A DNA stretch of 64,000 nucleotides. Source: an uncultured Pseudomonadota bacterium. Its GTDB lineage: Bacteria > Pseudomonadota > Alphaproteobacteria > RF32 > CAG-239. Position 1 is the first letter of the stretch, and every line of letters starts with the position of its first letter. A model generated the notes under the pieces. The model made no database searches, was not told the DNA's origin, and saw only the letters and a program-made list of their open reading frames with translations. Below, in pieces: positions 62,003-64,000 of the stretch. The stretch is from NCBI GenBank assembly GCA_902799835.1, contig CADCCF010000006.1, positions 25,803 through 89,802 on the forward strand. The letters are read 5' to 3'. The position numbers and the translations under genes were made by a program.

Positions 62003-63991
62003 ATGGCAGATTTGTTTGACGCAAATATCAGTGCTTCGCAGGTATATGACGCTCAGTCAATTGAAGTTTTAGAGGGGTTGGAGCCGGTAAGACATCGTCC
62101 GGGAATGTATATAGGCGGTGTTGATGAGACAGCTATGCATCATTTGGTAGCTGAAATACTGGATAATTCAATGGATGAGGCAGTCGCTGGATTTGCTAAT
62201 CGTATAGATGTTATATTGAATGCCGACAGCTCAGTGACGATTATTGATAACGGACGCGGCATTCCGGTTGATAACCATCCAAAGTATCCCAATAAATCAG
62301 CACTGGAAGTGATTTTAACTACTTTGCATTCCGGAGGAAAGTTTGGCGGAAATGCCTACAAAGTTTCGGGGGGGCTACATGGTGTCGGTTTGTCGGTGGT
62401 TAATGCTTTATCGAAGAGTTTGATTATTGAAGTTGCAAGAGATAAAAAGCTTTATCGCCAAGAATATGCAAAAGGTAAACCTTTGGGGGCTTTGGAGTTG
62501 GTTGGTCCGGTGTCAAATCGTCGCGGAACATCTATAACATTTAAGCCTGATGAAGAGATTTTTGGCGAAAACGCAAATCTTTCTCCGGTTAGAGTTTTTC
62601 GGATGGCTCGTTCAAAAGCTTTTCTTTTTAAGGGAGTAAAGATATATTGGCAATGTGCGCCGGAGCTTATCAAAGAAGGGGATTTGGTACCTGTAAGTGA
62701 AGAGTTATGTTTTCCCAACGGTTTGTTGGACTTTTTGAATTATTCGGTTGGTTCAAAGGCTATCATCAATCGCAGGCCGTTTTACGGAGAGGCTCCGCTG
62801 GATAATGATGAGGGTAAAGTAGAGTGGGCAATCACTTGGCCGGAAGATGAGAACGGATTTTGCTATTCATACTGTAATACGGTAATAACGCCATTTGGCG
62901 GGACGCATGAAGCAGGTTTTAGATCTGCTTTGCTCAGAGGTCTAAAAGAATATGGCGAAATGGTGAGCAATAAAAAGGCAGCTTCTTTGACGGCGGAAGA
63001 CTTTTTGGCTGATGCGGCCATAATGTTATCGGTATTTATTCGCGATCCGCAATTTCAAGGACAAACCAAAGATAAGCTAACATCTAATAAGGCAATTCGT
63101 TTGGTCGAGACCGCGGTTAAAGATTCATTTGATCATTGGCTGTCGTCTGATTTGGAAAATGCTTCCGCTTTATTGGAGTATGCCATAGATCGGGCCGAAT
63201 TGCGTAAAAAGAAAAAAGAAGAAAAAGAAAAAATTCGCAAAAGCCCCACCAAGCGCTTGAGGCTTCCCGGAAAACTGGCTGATTGTTCGCAAGCTGCGGC
63301 GGAAAACACCGAGATTTTTATTGTTGAGGGTGATTCAGCCGGAGGATCGGCCAAGCAAGGAAGAGATCGGCAAACTCAGGCAATTTTGCCGTTGAGAGGT
63401 AAAATTTTGAATGTGGCCAGTGCATCAATCGAAAAGATTACGCAAAATCAAGAAATTAAAGATATGATTGAGGCTCTTGGTTGTGGTACTAAAGATAATT
63501 ACAAAGAAGAAAATTTGCGTTATGAAAAAATTATTATCATGACCGATGCAGATGTTGATGGCGCGCATATTGCTTCGTTGTTAATGACTTTTTTCTATCA
63601 GCATATGCCGCAATTAATTGCCAACGGACATTTGTTTATTGCAACACCTCCGTTGTATAAAATTGCAGTTGGTGGTAAAAATTATTATGCTTTGGATGAT
63701 GAAGATAAAGACAGAATATTAGCAAAGGTTGTTAAAGGTAACCAAAAACCTGACATTAGCCGGTTTAAAGGTTTGGGGGAGATGAGTTCACAACAACTCA
63801 AAGAAACCACAATGGATAAGAAAAATCGTATGTTATTAAAGGTTATGATTCCTTCAACTGCTACTGAAGAGGGCAGGGAAGAGGATTTTGCTACCAGAAG
63901 GCAAGTTGAACGACTGATGGGGAAAGATCCGGAACAAAGATTTAAATTTATTATTGAACAGGCTAAATTTGCAGGTGATTTGGACATATAA
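62003..63991 (+). CDS. parE: DNA topoisomerase IV subunit B
   Basis: Has the GHKL ATPase motifs (HHLVAEILDNSMDEA and GGLHGVG). It also carries the Toprim motifs EGDSAGGSAKQGRDR and PLRGKILNV, plus IMTDADVDGAHI. At 662 aa it lacks the large insertion typical of proteobacterial GyrB. Confidence 0.88.
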   Translation: MADLFDANISASQVYDAQSIEVLEGLEPVRHRPGMYIGGVDETAMHHLVAEILDNSMDEAVAGFANRIDVILNADSSVTIIDNGRGIPVDNHPKYPNKSALEVILTTLHSGGKFGGNAYKVSGGLHGVGLSVVNALSKSLIIEVARDKKLYRQEYAKGKPLGALELVGPVSNRRGTSITFKPDEEIFGENANLSPVRVFRMARSKAFLFKGVKIYWQCAPELIKEGDLVPVSEELCFPNGLLDFLNYSVGSKAIINRRPFYGEAPLDNDEGKVEWAITWPEDENGFCYSYCNTVITPFGGTHEAGFRSALLRGLKEYGEMVSNKKAASLTAEDFLADAAIMLSVFIRDPQFQGQTKDKLTSNKAIRLVETAVKDSFDHWLSSDLENASALLEYAIDRAELRKKKKEEKEKIRKSPTKRLRLPGKLADCSQAAAENTEIFIVEGDSAGGSAKQGRDRQTQAILPLRGKILNVASASIEKITQNQEIKDMIEALGCGTKDNYKEENLRYEKIIIMTDADVDGAHIASLLMTFFYQHMPQLIANGHLFIATPPLYKIAVGGKNYYALDDEDKDRILAKVVKGNQKPDISRFKGLGEMSSQQLKETTMDKKNRMLLKVMIPSTATEEGREEDFATRRQVERLMGKDPEQRFKFIIEQAKFAGDLDI

Positions 63992-64000
63992 GGAAGAACT

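Overview
The window is visibly AT-rich and gene-dense, with about 57 protein genes, one tRNA and no rRNA, CRISPR array, transposase or integrase. Gene content and local synteny look alphaproteobacterial: addB-addA, rph-rdgB, gpmI-M23-ctpA-yibQ-rppH, leuS-lptE-holA, dksA, maf-rng-yacG, rluD and parE. The many lineage-specific TPR, coiled-coil and membrane ORFs suggest a host-associated lineage, but that is inference only. Most of the window is housekeeping. Seven accessory or unexplained pockets stand out. (1) A tightly coupled small lipoprotein / vWA (TerY/YegL-like) / PP2C / membrane-anchored Ser/Thr kinase operon at 21.5-24.6 kb, which is a TerY-P-type triad. (2) A six-gene operon at 49.5-57.1 kb ending in a VirD4/TraG-type coupling ATPase. 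No other secretion or conjugation genes are nearby, and two neighbours share a Trp-rich membrane module. (3) A predicted pseudokinase translationally coupled to a small polytopic membrane protein at 58.2-60.7 kb. (4) A roughly 200-nt highly structured minus-strand leader with terminator/antiterminator logic upstream of a lipoprotein gene at 17.1-17.3 kb. (5) A small island at 15.3-16.5 kb holding an orphan Cys-rich gene with a near-consensus promoter, bounded by hairpin repeats and a 128-nt palindromic element. (6) tRNA-Arg(CCU) with a duplicated terminator and a split copy of its T-arm next to it. (7) An oversized stand-alone GT5 glucan-synthase-like gene. All functional calls come from motifs I read in the provided translations or translated myself. 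No database search was run.
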